A stretch of DNA of 32,000 nt from Candidatus Saccharimonadota bacterium (GTDB lineage: Bacteria > Patescibacteriota > Gracilibacteria > UBA1369 > 2-02-FULL-48-14), in the NCBI GenBank assembly GCA_041661045.1, contig JBAZVE010000001.1:780001-812000 (forward strand), given 5' to 3'. Of the stretch, positions 23,472 to 31,132 are shown one piece after another (the first letter of the stretch is position 1; every line of letters starts with the position of its first letter). The translations under genes were made by a program, and so were the position numbers. Below the pieces are notes generated by a model. That model ran no database searches. It saw only the letters and a list, made by a program, of their open reading frames with translations, and was not told where the DNA came from.

Positions 23472-23954
23472 TTACTGCAGTTGCAGCGGGAAGTAATAAT
23501 GCGCACGGCCTTCGTTCACAAAATCTATAAGAATGTGCAGCACGATTTCTTTTTCATCGTCGGGAAAAGGTTCTTCAAAAACAAATGTATTTGCATCTTG
23601 CATGGTGTAAGGCAATTCACGGTGCGTAACTTCACCCGCTGTGTTTAGTGTTTTAATACCGAGCGCGTTGATGGAGTCGGTGAATTCCACGGTGAAGAAG
23701 AGGTCCGTTCCATTGGTGTAGGGAGTGTAAGAGAGCGTGGAAAAATCGGGATCCGGAAAATTCATGCATACGATGGCGGTGCAGTAGTTTCCCGAAATTC
23801 CGGGTATGGAAGTTCCATCCTCCAAACTCAAATTTATTGTGGGTCGTTTCCTGAGCTCACTCTGCATGTCTACATGCAAAGGCTCTTCCTTTGAGCACGC
23901 GCTGAAGCTGAGTAAGAGGGCGAAGAGGGTGAAAAGGATAAGCGGTTTCTTCAT
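23472..23954 (-). CDS. putative lipoprotein, 160 aa, unknown function
   Basis: Signal peptide with a lipobox-like 'LLSFSAC' (MKKPLILFTLFALLLSFSACSKE). Confidence 0.55.
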   Translation of the reverse strand: MKKPLILFTLFALLLSFSACSKEEPLHVDMQSELRKRPTINLSLEDGTSIPGISGNYCTAIVCMNFPDPDFSTLSYTPYTNGTDLFFTVEFTDSINALGIKTLNTAGEVTHRELPYTMQDANTFVFEEPFPDDEKEIVLHILIDFVNEGRAHYYFPLQLQ

Positions 23955-23961
23955 GGGAATC

Positions 23962-23990
23962 TTGACAGGTGAGGGTTCTTTGTGGATAAT
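23962..23990 (+). promoter_or_regulatory. sigma70-type promoter for the RND transporter gene
   Basis: TTGACA at 23962-23967, 17-nt spacer, GATAAT at 23985-23990, 13 nt upstream of the ATG at 24004. This implies a very short leader. Confidence 0.55.
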
Positions 23991-24003
23991 ACCGTTTCAA
24001 ATT

Positions 24004-27000
24004 ATGGATTTCAATACTCGACTCAGTTCGTTCTTTCTTCACAACAATCGTTTAACAGTTTTGTGTCTCCTGTTTTTGGTCCTTTTGGGGGTGGGCAGTG
24101 CCCTTTTGCTCAAAACAACAGGTTTCCCGAGTCCGGATCTTAAATTTGCTTCAATTCAAACTTTGTATTTTGGGGCTTCTTCCGAAACCGTTGCGCAGGA
24201 GGTCACGGCACCTCTGGAAGCCGCGATTCGCGATGTCCCCGGGGTGCACAGTTTTACTTCCACCAGCAACAATTCTTTCTCTTTTATAGGAGTCACGGTG
24301 GCGGATGGATTTGAGACGGATACGGTGGTGACCAAGTTGAATGCGGCGCTCAGCAGCGTGCAGTTGCCGGAGGGCAGTGAAGAACCTGAAGTGAGTGTTC
24401 CTTCTATTGCAGGGCCGGATATTTTGTATTCCTTGGTTTCTAAGGATGAAGAAGAACTCTACAATTTGTATGAGTCGATTGAGGCGGAGCTTTTGCAGAT
24501 TCCGGAAACCGCCCAAGTGGCGCCGCTCACGGCCATTGAGAAACGACTTTTGATTATTTTGGATCAAAGCAAGATGGCAAGTTTGGGTCTCACGGCCATG
24601 CAGGTGCAGCAGGCACTGTCTTCTTTTGGAGAAGTTTTACCCGTGGCCTCGGATTTGGATTTGGATGGGGAGAATCGTAGTCTTTTGACGCGGCTTGATG
24701 AGGAAGACTTGGAAGATATTAAGAATCTCTCGTTTGGGGTTGCTCGGCTTAAAGATTTTGCAAAAATAGATTGGGATTATGCGTTCGTGGGAGATAAGGA
24801 GTCTTTTATTGGTATTCATAGTGATGGGGATGCTTTGGTGCTTAAGGCACTGCACTTTCAAGTGAAGGCGGTTAAGAACACCGATATGGGAGATTACACT
24901 GAACAAGTGGAAGCGGTTTTTGAAGAGCTGGGCACGGTGCAGTTGGTGAAGAATTTTGAATTCGAGGAAGGCTTTGAGCAGGCCTTGGTGATTGAGGATT
25001 ATTCCGTCAACAACGACAATAAACGACAAGTGGAGGAAGTGGTTGCGGGTTTGATTGGTGGAGAACTGCATGGAGATGCGCCTTGGTCTTATGCCGGATG
25101 GTTTTTGGGAGGGATGCAGTTGGTGTTTTTAGTCATGGTGCTTTTTGTTTCCTTTCGTGCGGCCATTGTGGCGGCCTTGGCCATTCCGCTCAGTTTGATG
25201 TTCTCCACTCTTTTCGTTTATGCGATTGGAGAAAATTTGAACACCTTGGTGCTCTTTTCTTTGGTTTTGGCCATTGGTTTGGTGGTGGACCCTGCTTTGG
25301 TTCTGCTGGAAAGCATTCAAAGAAAAGTGGACACAGGGCTTCGTGGGAAGGAAGCGGCGATTGCTGCGGTCAAAGACACCGGAATGGGACTCTTCTTAGC
25401 CTGTCTCACCAGCATCATTGTGTTCGTTCCCTTTGGAGTGGTCTCCGGGATTTTAGGACAAATTATTGCGTATATTCCTATGACCATCATCCCCGCTGTA
25501 GTGGGATCTTATATTGTTCCTTTGGTTTTCTTGGCCTGGATGGGTGGATTCTTTTTGAAGCCCAATCCTAAAAAGACAGGGGATGAAGAAGAAAACTTGT
25601 GGGGCGTTGCTAAACTTGTGATTGCTATTAATGAATGGGTGCTCAATCATTCCCGGTTTTTGCGGTTTTTGATTATTCTTGTGGCACTGGTGGTGCCTCT
25701 TATGGTTGCGGGGTATTCGTTTCAAAGTGGAGCGGTGAAAAGTGTGCAATTTGCGAGCAGTGACAATGCGGATTATTTGCAGCTTGGGTTTGTGCATAAG
25801 TCGGATACGAGTGCATCGGAGCGGGTTCGCTTGGAGAAGAAAGTTTTAAAAACTATTGTGGCCAATGAAGAAGTTTTGGGAGTGTTCCCCATGCCAGGGG
25901 ATGTGTATATGGCTTTGCTTAAGCCGGCGCTTGAACGAGGGGACACGCTTTCGGTGGACATTGCGGAGGACCTCAATGAAGTCTTTGCAGATTCTTTGCT
26001 TGAGGATTTCTTTGATCTTCAAATTGGGGTGATTTCCAACGGGCCCCCCACGGCCAATTATCAGATTGCTCTGGCCCTCAAGTCTTCTGATTTGCAGGAT
26101 TTGCAGAAGGCGGCGCAGGAGGTGGGAGGCGATCTTGAAAATCTTTGTTTTGAATCCAATGCCTTTAGTATGAATGCTTCTTGTGAAGGCGAAAGGGTGA
26201 TCACCAAAGTGGATGATGGCTATGCCGGGAAAGAAACTTCAGTGATTGAAGTGATTTTGGATCGGGAAAAACTTCAAGCGGCTCAACTCACCATCCCGGG
26301 TGCTCCGCTCACCGCTTATGTGAACGCGGTGCTTCGAAACTTGTTTAGCATCAATAATGGAGACGCGGTTGGAAAAATCACTGTGGACGGAAAAGATTTG
26401 GACATTGTTTTGGAAAAAATGGCGAAAGATCCGGTTTCCATTGATGAAATTAAAAACACGGTGCTTTTTGCACAGGGGGAAACGGTGCTTCGCTTGAAAG
26501 ACATTGCGAGCATTGAGGAGAAGCAGAGTCAATCCAGTATTCAACGCGTGAATGGAGAAACCATTGCGGTGGTGAAGGGCCGACTTACTGACGAGCATGG
26601 AGATCCTGGGTCCGCTGCCATGGCAGCTCAGGTGGTTTTGGACTTTTATGAGGAGAATCCTTTGGACAATGGGGTGGAGATGGAGCAATACAGTGAAGGA
26701 GATACGGCGGGATTCATCCGTTCGTTTCAAGAATTGTTCACGGCTTTGGCATTGGCAATTGTTATTACTTATGTCGTTTTGGTGGTTTTCTTTGAGTCCT
26801 TCACTCAGCCTTTGGTTATTTTGTACACGGTTCCACTCACTTTTTTGGGAGTATTTCCGGCGCTTGCTTTGTTTGGTGGAGGACAATTCGGCTTCCTCGA
26901 AATCATTGGACTCATTATTTTGGTGGGAGTGGTGGAGAATGTGGCGATCTTCCTTATTGATGCGGCCAAACAAAAAATTCATGAAGGGTGGGATGAAGTT

Positions 27001-27234
27001 CGAGCCATCAGTTATGCTTCCGGAGTCCGTTTTCGCGCAGTAATCCTTACTAAACTTACGGCGCTCGCTTCGCTCGCGCCCCTTGCCGTCCTCAGTGAAC
27101 AGTATCGTTCCATTTCGCTCGTTATTATGTTTGGCTTGCTCACTTCCGGAATCACTTCGCTGTTCACCACGCCGATTCTGTTTATTTTCTTCCGCTCCGT
27201 TTCTGCGTTTGTCCGTGGCAAGAAGGTGCTATGA
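24004..27234 (+). CDS. RND superfamily efflux transporter permease (AcrB/AcrD/AcrF-like)
   Basis: 1076 aa. The N-terminus has a TM segment followed by 'LYFGASSETVAQEVTAPLEAAIRDVPGV', the classic AcrB porter-domain start. Two 6-TM bundles with large loops. Start set to the ATG at 24004 because the longer ORF from 23806 overlaps the divergent lipoprotein gene. Confidence 0.9.
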   Translation: MDFNTRLSSFFLHNNRLTVLCLLFLVLLGVGSALLLKTTGFPSPDLKFASIQTLYFGASSETVAQEVTAPLEAAIRDVPGVHSFTSTSNNSFSFIGVTVADGFETDTVVTKLNAALSSVQLPEGSEEPEVSVPSIAGPDILYSLVSKDEEELYNLYESIEAELLQIPETAQVAPLTAIEKRLLIILDQSKMASLGLTAMQVQQALSSFGEVLPVASDLDLDGENRSLLTRLDEEDLEDIKNLSFGVARLKDFAKIDWDYAFVGDKESFIGIHSDGDALVLKALHFQVKAVKNTDMGDYTEQVEAVFEELGTVQLVKNFEFEEGFEQALVIEDYSVNNDNKRQVEEVVAGLIGGELHGDAPWSYAGWFLGGMQLVFLVMVLFVSFRAAIVAALAIPLSLMFSTLFVYAIGENLNTLVLFSLVLAIGLVVDPALVLLESIQRKVDTGLRGKEAAIAAVKDTGMGLFLACLTSIIVFVPFGVVSGILGQIIAYIPMTIIPAVVGSYIVPLVFLAWMGGFFLKPNPKKTGDEEENLWGVAKLVIAINEWVLNHSRFLRFLIILVALVVPLMVAGYSFQSGAVKSVQFASSDNADYLQLGFVHKSDTSASERVRLEKKVLKTIVANEEVLGVFPMPGDVYMALLKPALERGDTLSVDIAEDLNEVFADSLLEDFFDLQIGVISNGPPTANYQIALALKSSDLQDLQKAAQEVGGDLENLCFESNAFSMNASCEGERVITKVDDGYAGKETSVIEVILDREKLQAAQLTIPGAPLTAYVNAVLRNLFSINNGDAVGKITVDGKDLDIVLEKMAKDPVSIDEIKNTVLFAQGETVLRLKDIASIEEKQSQSSIQRVNGETIAVVKGRLTDEHGDPGSAAMAAQVVLDFYEENPLDNGVEMEQYSEGDTAGFIRSFQELFTALALAIVITYVVLVVFFESFTQPLVILYTVPLTFLGVFPALALFGGGQFGFLEIIGLIILVGVVENVAIFLIDAAKQKIHEGWDEVRAISYASGVRFRAVILTKLTALASLAPLAVLSEQYRSISLVIMFGLLTSGITSLFTTPILFIFFRSVSAFVRGKKVL

Positions 27235-27243
27235 TGTCCGCAC

Positions 27244-28119
27244 ATGAAAAACTCTGCTCCCGCTCTTTCGTTCAAAGGACTTTCCAAAATCTATTCCAAT
27301 GGCGTGCACGCCTTGGAGAATATTAATCTTGAAATCGAACAAGGAGATTTTTTTGCGCTCTTGGGACCCAATGGGGCGGGCAAAACCACTTTGATCGGAG
27401 TGATTGCGGGGCTTGTGGAAAAAACGGATGGGGAAGTGCGTATTTATGGATTGGAAAGGGAAAAGCATGCGTCCGCCCTTAAACAACGGATTGGTTTGGT
27501 CCCTCAGGAATTCAATTTTAATATTTTTGAAAAGGTTTTGGACATTGTGGTGACTCAAGCGGGATACTTTGGTATTCCGCACAAAGAGGCCATGAACCGT
27601 GCGGAAAAAATTCTTGGTGATTTGGGACTGTGGGACAAACGAAACACACCTTCACGCATGCTTTCTGGCGGGATGAAACGCCGTTTGCTCATTGCCCGAG
27701 CTTTGATGCATGATCCGGATCTCCTCATTTTGGACGAGCCCACCGCCGGGGTGGATGTTGAACTTCGTCATGGCATGTGGAAATATTTGAAAGACTTGAA
27801 TGAGAGTGGAAAAACCATTGTGCTCACCACGCATTATTTGGAAGAAGCGGAAAAGTTGAGTCGAAGGGTGGCCATTATTCAAGCCGGAAAAATCATTCGC
27901 GAGGGGAATGTAAAAGCCTTGATTGGAGCCATGGAGAAAAAAACCTATATCTTTTCTTTTGGTGGAGGTAAAGAGGAAGAAGTGGTGCTTGGCTCAAAAG
28001 ATTCTTTGGTGTCCTTGGTGGAGAAATTTAAGGCGGAAGGAAAGGACATTTTAGATATTCGGCCCAAAATGAATCCTTTGGAAGAACTCTTTTTAGATCT
28101 CTTAAAAACAGAATCATGA
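27244..28119 (+). CDS. ABC transporter ATP-binding protein (ABC-2 exporter type)
   Basis: Walker A 'GPNGAGKTT', signature 'LSGGMKRRL', Walker B 'LLILDEPTAGVD'. Confidence 0.9.
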   Translation: MKNSAPALSFKGLSKIYSNGVHALENINLEIEQGDFFALLGPNGAGKTTLIGVIAGLVEKTDGEVRIYGLEREKHASALKQRIGLVPQEFNFNIFEKVLDIVVTQAGYFGIPHKEAMNRAEKILGDLGLWDKRNTPSRMLSGGMKRRLLIARALMHDPDLLILDEPTAGVDVELRHGMWKYLKDLNESGKTIVLTTHYLEEAEKLSRRVAIIQAGKIIREGNVKALIGAMEKKTYIFSFGGGKEEEVVLGSKDSLVSLVEKFKAEGKDILDIRPKMNPLEELFLDLLKTES

Positions 28120-28889
28120 ATTTAAAAGGTCAATGGATTGCCTTCACCACTATTGTGCGAAAAGAAGTGACCCGTTTCATGCGCATTTGGGTGCAAACGC
28201 TTTTGCCTCCAGTTATCAATCAAATTCTTTACTTTATTATTTTTGGAGCTTTCATTGGGGCACAAATTCGTGAACTGAATGGGATTCCCTACGCGTCTTT
28301 TATTGTGCCCGGGCTTATTATGATGGCGGTTATTAGCAATTCCTTCTCCAATGTGGTGAGTTCCTTTTTTGGCACCAAGTTTATGCACAGCGTGGAAGAG
28401 CTGATGGTGTCTCCCACAAAAAATGCGGTGATTTTGCTTGGTTATAGTGTGGGGGGGATGCTGAGAGGAATTTTGATTGGGCTCATTGTCTTTTTGGTTT
28501 CTTCGTTTTTCACACCCATTTCTTTGGATCATCCTTTTGTTGCGATTCTTTTTGCGGTGCTTTGTTCCGCTCTATTTTCTTTTGCCGGATTTTTGAACGC
28601 CCTCTTTGCCAAAAAATTTGACGATGTCAGCGTGTTCCCGACTTTTGTGCTCACTCCGCTCACTTATTTGGGAGGTGTATTTTATTCCATTGATGCGCTC
28701 CCTCCTTTTTGGCAGACCATCTCCAAATTCAATCCCATCGTTTATATTGTGGATGGATTCCGCTACGGTTTCTTTGGATTCAGTGAAATGAATGTTTGGG
28801 CAAGTCTCGCCGTTTTATGCGTCTTCACCTTGGCTCTTTTCTTCCTCAACCTTCATCTTTTGAATCGTGGAACGGGACTGAAGAGTTAG
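28116..28889 (+). CDS. ABC-2 type transporter permease
   Basis: 257 aa with 6 hydrophobic segments. 4-nt ATGA overlap with the ATPase gene. Typical size and topology for ABC-2 permeases. Confidence 0.75.
   Translation: MNLKGQWIAFTTIVRKEVTRFMRIWVQTLLPPVINQILYFIIFGAFIGAQIRELNGIPYASFIVPGLIMMAVISNSFSNVVSSFFGTKFMHSVEELMVSPTKNAVILLGYSVGGMLRGILIGLIVFLVSSFFTPISLDHPFVAILFAVLCSALFSFAGFLNALFAKKFDDVSVFPTFVLTPLTYLGGVFYSIDALPPFWQTISKFNPIVYIVDGFRYGFFGFSEMNVWASLAVLCVFTLALFFLNLHLLNRGTGLKS
28882..28889. repeat. left copy of the 8-bp target-site duplication AGAGTTAG
   Basis: Identical octamer at 29133-29140. Both copies directly abut the terminal inverted repeats. Confidence 0.75.
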
Positions 28890-29132
28890 GGTACTGCTCA
28901 CAGACCTTGGACTCTAGAACTTTTCTGAGAGCGCCCTTCCTCGGAGCGGGCCCCGGAAGCGCTTCGCTTTCCGCCCGGCTTCGTCAGGCCCCTCCCAGAA
29001 AAGTTCACCACTAAGACTGTGACACTTACAACACTGGGGATGGAGGGCCAGGTGTTTTGAAGACAACATAAAGGCTCCCGTTGTCTGAAAGATACCTGGC
29101 CCTCTCAAAGCTGCAGTGTTGTGAGCAGTACC
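28890..29132. mobile_element. 243-bp non-autonomous MITE-like element
   Basis: GGTACTGCTCACA (28890-28902) is the perfect reverse complement of TGTGAGCAGTACC (29120-29132). Flanked by the 8-bp direct repeat AGAGTTAG. No credible ORF inside. Additional internal hairpins are present. Confidence 0.75.
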
Positions 29133-29140
29133 AGAGTTAG
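29133..29140. repeat. right copy of the 8-bp target-site duplication AGAGTTAG
   Basis: Identical to 28882-28889 and abuts the right terminal inverted repeat. Confidence 0.75.
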
Positions 29141-29177
29141 TCCTAGTCAGCAGCGATGAAAGGTGTATACTCAGTTC

Positions 29178-29501
29178 ATGAAAGCTTTGAGTTTGTTTCT
29201 GGTTTTGACCCTTTCCCTGGGTGCGTTTTGTCCCATGAGTTTGGGTATGGATGATATGAATCATGGGGGAGCGATGGAGCACGAGGGATGGGCTGAAGAG
29301 GATTGTTTGACTGGTGAGTGTCTTGTGGGCATGAATGATGAAGAGCCCCTTTTGGCTTTGAGCGGATATACGGTTGTTCCAGCTTTGCCCGCGCAAGATT
29401 TTGAAAGCACGGTTCCTTGGGCCGTAGGAGAACTTTTTTCATCTGTGGCCCCGCCCTTGGTCAAAATATCGCCGACCAAAACCATTGTGCTCCGGCTCTA
29501 G
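29178..29501 (+). CDS. small secreted protein with a Met/His-rich motif (putative metal-binding)
   Basis: Signal peptide MKALSLFLVLTLSLGAF followed by 'MDDMNHGGAMEHEGW'. First gene of the copper cluster. The start is either the ATG at 29178 or the GTG at 29163. TATACT at 29165-29170 lies 7 nt upstream of the ATG. Confidence 0.5.
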   Translation: MKALSLFLVLTLSLGAFCPMSLGMDDMNHGGAMEHEGWAEEDCLTGECLVGMNDEEPLLALSGYTVVPALPAQDFESTVPWAVGELFSSVAPPLVKISPTKTIVLRL

Positions 29502-29540
29502 AATGAGAATAGCGGTTTGTTATTCTTAATTCTTTTTGAT

Positions 29541-30896
29541 ATGGACAATAAGGAAAATTTTTATGTTAAAGGCATGACCTGCGCCAGCTGTGAGCTTTTG
29601 ATTGAACGAAAGCTTAAAAAGGTGCCGGGAGTGCTCAGTGTGCACTCCAATTATAGGAGTGGATTCACGGTGGTGAAGACGGACTCAGAGAATCCTCCCT
29701 CTTCCGCCGCCCTCGAAGCGGCCATTGAAGAAGCCGGATATTCACTCACGGAGAAATCCATGCAGGCTTTGGAGGGGAAGGACCAGAAGTGGCTTGAAAT
29801 TGGAGCCTGTTTGGTTTTGATTTTTGCTCTTTATAAAGTCTTGCAGGGTTTTGACTTCTTCTCTTTTAGCGCGAGTGCGTCAGGCCTTGCGGACTTGGGT
29901 GGTGTGTTTGTACTCGGTCTTGTGGCGGGAACTTCCAGTTGTTTGGCGGTGACGGGTGGGCTCTTGCTCAGCATGGCGGCCAAACACAACGAACTGAACC
30001 CCACAGCTACGCGTTGGCAAAAATTCAAACCGCTGCTTTCTTTTAACGGAGGGCGATTGATTTCCTACTTCTTTTTGGGTGGACTGGTTGGTTTGCTCGG
30101 GCAATCTCTTACTCTCAGTCCCTCTGTGACGGGTGTCCTTAATATTGTGGTGGCCCTGCTCATGTTCTTTTTGGCACTCTCCATTTTAAAGATTCTCCCC
30201 AAGAATCATTTTATTGCACGACCGCCCAAGTGGTTCACCCATTGGATTGCCGGACTTTCTGAGCATCCGCATCCTTTTGCACCGCTGCTTTTGGGGGCGC
30301 TGACCTTCTTTTTACCCTGCGGCTTCACGCAATCTTTACAGATTTCCGCTTTGGCCTCCGGCAGTTTTGTGGAAGGAGCTTTGACGCTGTTTGTGTTTGC
30401 CTTGGGGACTTTGCCGGCTTTGCTCGGCATCAGTGCAATCTCTTCTTATGCCAAAGGCCGAACCGCTCGACTTTTTCTACGATTTTCCGGGACGCTTGTC
30501 CTGGTTTTGGCTCTTTTCAACTTGAAAAGCGGACTGGTGCTCAGTGGCGTGGACATGAGTGCTTTTTTGCCCCAGTCCAGTGTGGAAGAACAGGAAAATG
30601 CCGTGACGATGGTGGATGGAGTTCAAGTCATTCACTTGCAGGCGTCTGCGTATGGATACTCCCCAAGCTCGGTGACGATTGCCGCCGGTACCCCCACACG
30701 AATTGAAGTGGAGTCTTTGGACAATCTTTATGGCTGTGCGGCTGCGATCACGGTACCGAAGTTTGGTTTTGGGGAATATTTGAGCCCCGGCACCACCATT
30801 ACGCTCGGGTTCATTGAAGATCCTCAAGAAGATTTCATCATCACCTGCTCCATGGGCATGGTGAGCACTAATGTTAAAGTTATTTCTAATCTTTAA
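29541..30896 (+). CDS. three-domain fusion: N-terminal HMA metal-binding domain, UreH-like/DsbD_2-type membrane domain, C-terminal cupredoxin-like domain
   Basis: HMA 'GMTCASCELLIERKLKKVPGV'. The polytopic core has 'GTSSCLAVTGG' and 'FFLPCGFTQSL' motifs. The C-terminal beta-domain 'YSPSSVTIAAGTPTRIEVES…YGCAAAITVPKF…FIITCSMGMVSTNVKVI' resembles the cupredoxin_1 pattern. Confidence 0.75.
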   Translation: MDNKENFYVKGMTCASCELLIERKLKKVPGVLSVHSNYRSGFTVVKTDSENPPSSAALEAAIEEAGYSLTEKSMQALEGKDQKWLEIGACLVLIFALYKVLQGFDFFSFSASASGLADLGGVFVLGLVAGTSSCLAVTGGLLLSMAAKHNELNPTATRWQKFKPLLSFNGGRLISYFFLGGLVGLLGQSLTLSPSVTGVLNIVVALLMFFLALSILKILPKNHFIARPPKWFTHWIAGLSEHPHPFAPLLLGALTFFLPCGFTQSLQISALASGSFVEGALTLFVFALGTLPALLGISAISSYAKGRTARLFLRFSGTLVLVLALFNLKSGLVLSGVDMSAFLPQSSVEEQENAVTMVDGVQVIHLQASAYGYSPSSVTIAAGTPTRIEVESLDNLYGCAAAITVPKFGFGEYLSPGTTITLGFIEDPQEDFIITCSMGMVSTNVKVISNL

Positions 30897-30907
30897 ACTT
30901 TTTTATT

Positions 30908-31123
30908 ATGAAAACAACAGTATCTATTCCCGGCATGCACTGTAACTCGTGCGCCACGACGGTTAAAGAAGTGAGCAGTGATTTCCCGGCGATCCAAACC
31001 GTTGAAGTGAATTTGGAGACGAAGGTGGTCTCCGTGGAACACGACGAAAACTTTGATTTGGCCGCGTGGACGGAGGAAATTGAAGCTTTGGGAGAGGAGT
31101 ACCGTGTGGAGTCCCATTCTTAA
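30908..31123 (+). CDS. copZ: CopZ-like heavy-metal-associated (HMA) metallochaperone
   Basis: 71 aa with 'GMHCNSCATTVKE' (MxCxxC), in a ferredoxin-like HMA-sized protein directly upstream of copA. Confidence 0.8.
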   Translation: MKTTVSIPGMHCNSCATTVKEVSSDFPAIQTVEVNLETKVVSVEHDENFDLAAWTEEIEALGEEYRVESHS

Positions 31124-31132
31124 CCCATTTTT

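Noticed and set aside
26239-26982. 247-aa minus-strand ORF, plus other ORFs inside 24151-27043
   Set aside because: They lie inside the RND transporter gene on other frames or the opposite strand. The RND reading frame is continuous and family-typical.
28890-29132. Possible structured housekeeping RNA or riboswitch in the long intergenic region (RNase P, SRP or 6S RNA, or a metal riboswitch ahead of the cop genes)
   Set aside because: A CCCGGCTTCGTCAGG stretch superficially recalls RNase P P4 or SRP motifs, but the other universal elements (GAGGAAAGTCC, an SRP GGAA-tetraloop helix) are absent and the order is wrong. The closing helix is flanked by an exact 8-bp direct repeat, which fits a transposition footprint better. 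The element may still be transcribed.
28914-29396. 160-aa minus-strand ORF, and 72-aa plus-strand ORF at 28796-29014
   Set aside because: They run through the MITE and across its TIR/TSD junctions. Composition is not protein-like and there are no start-site signals.
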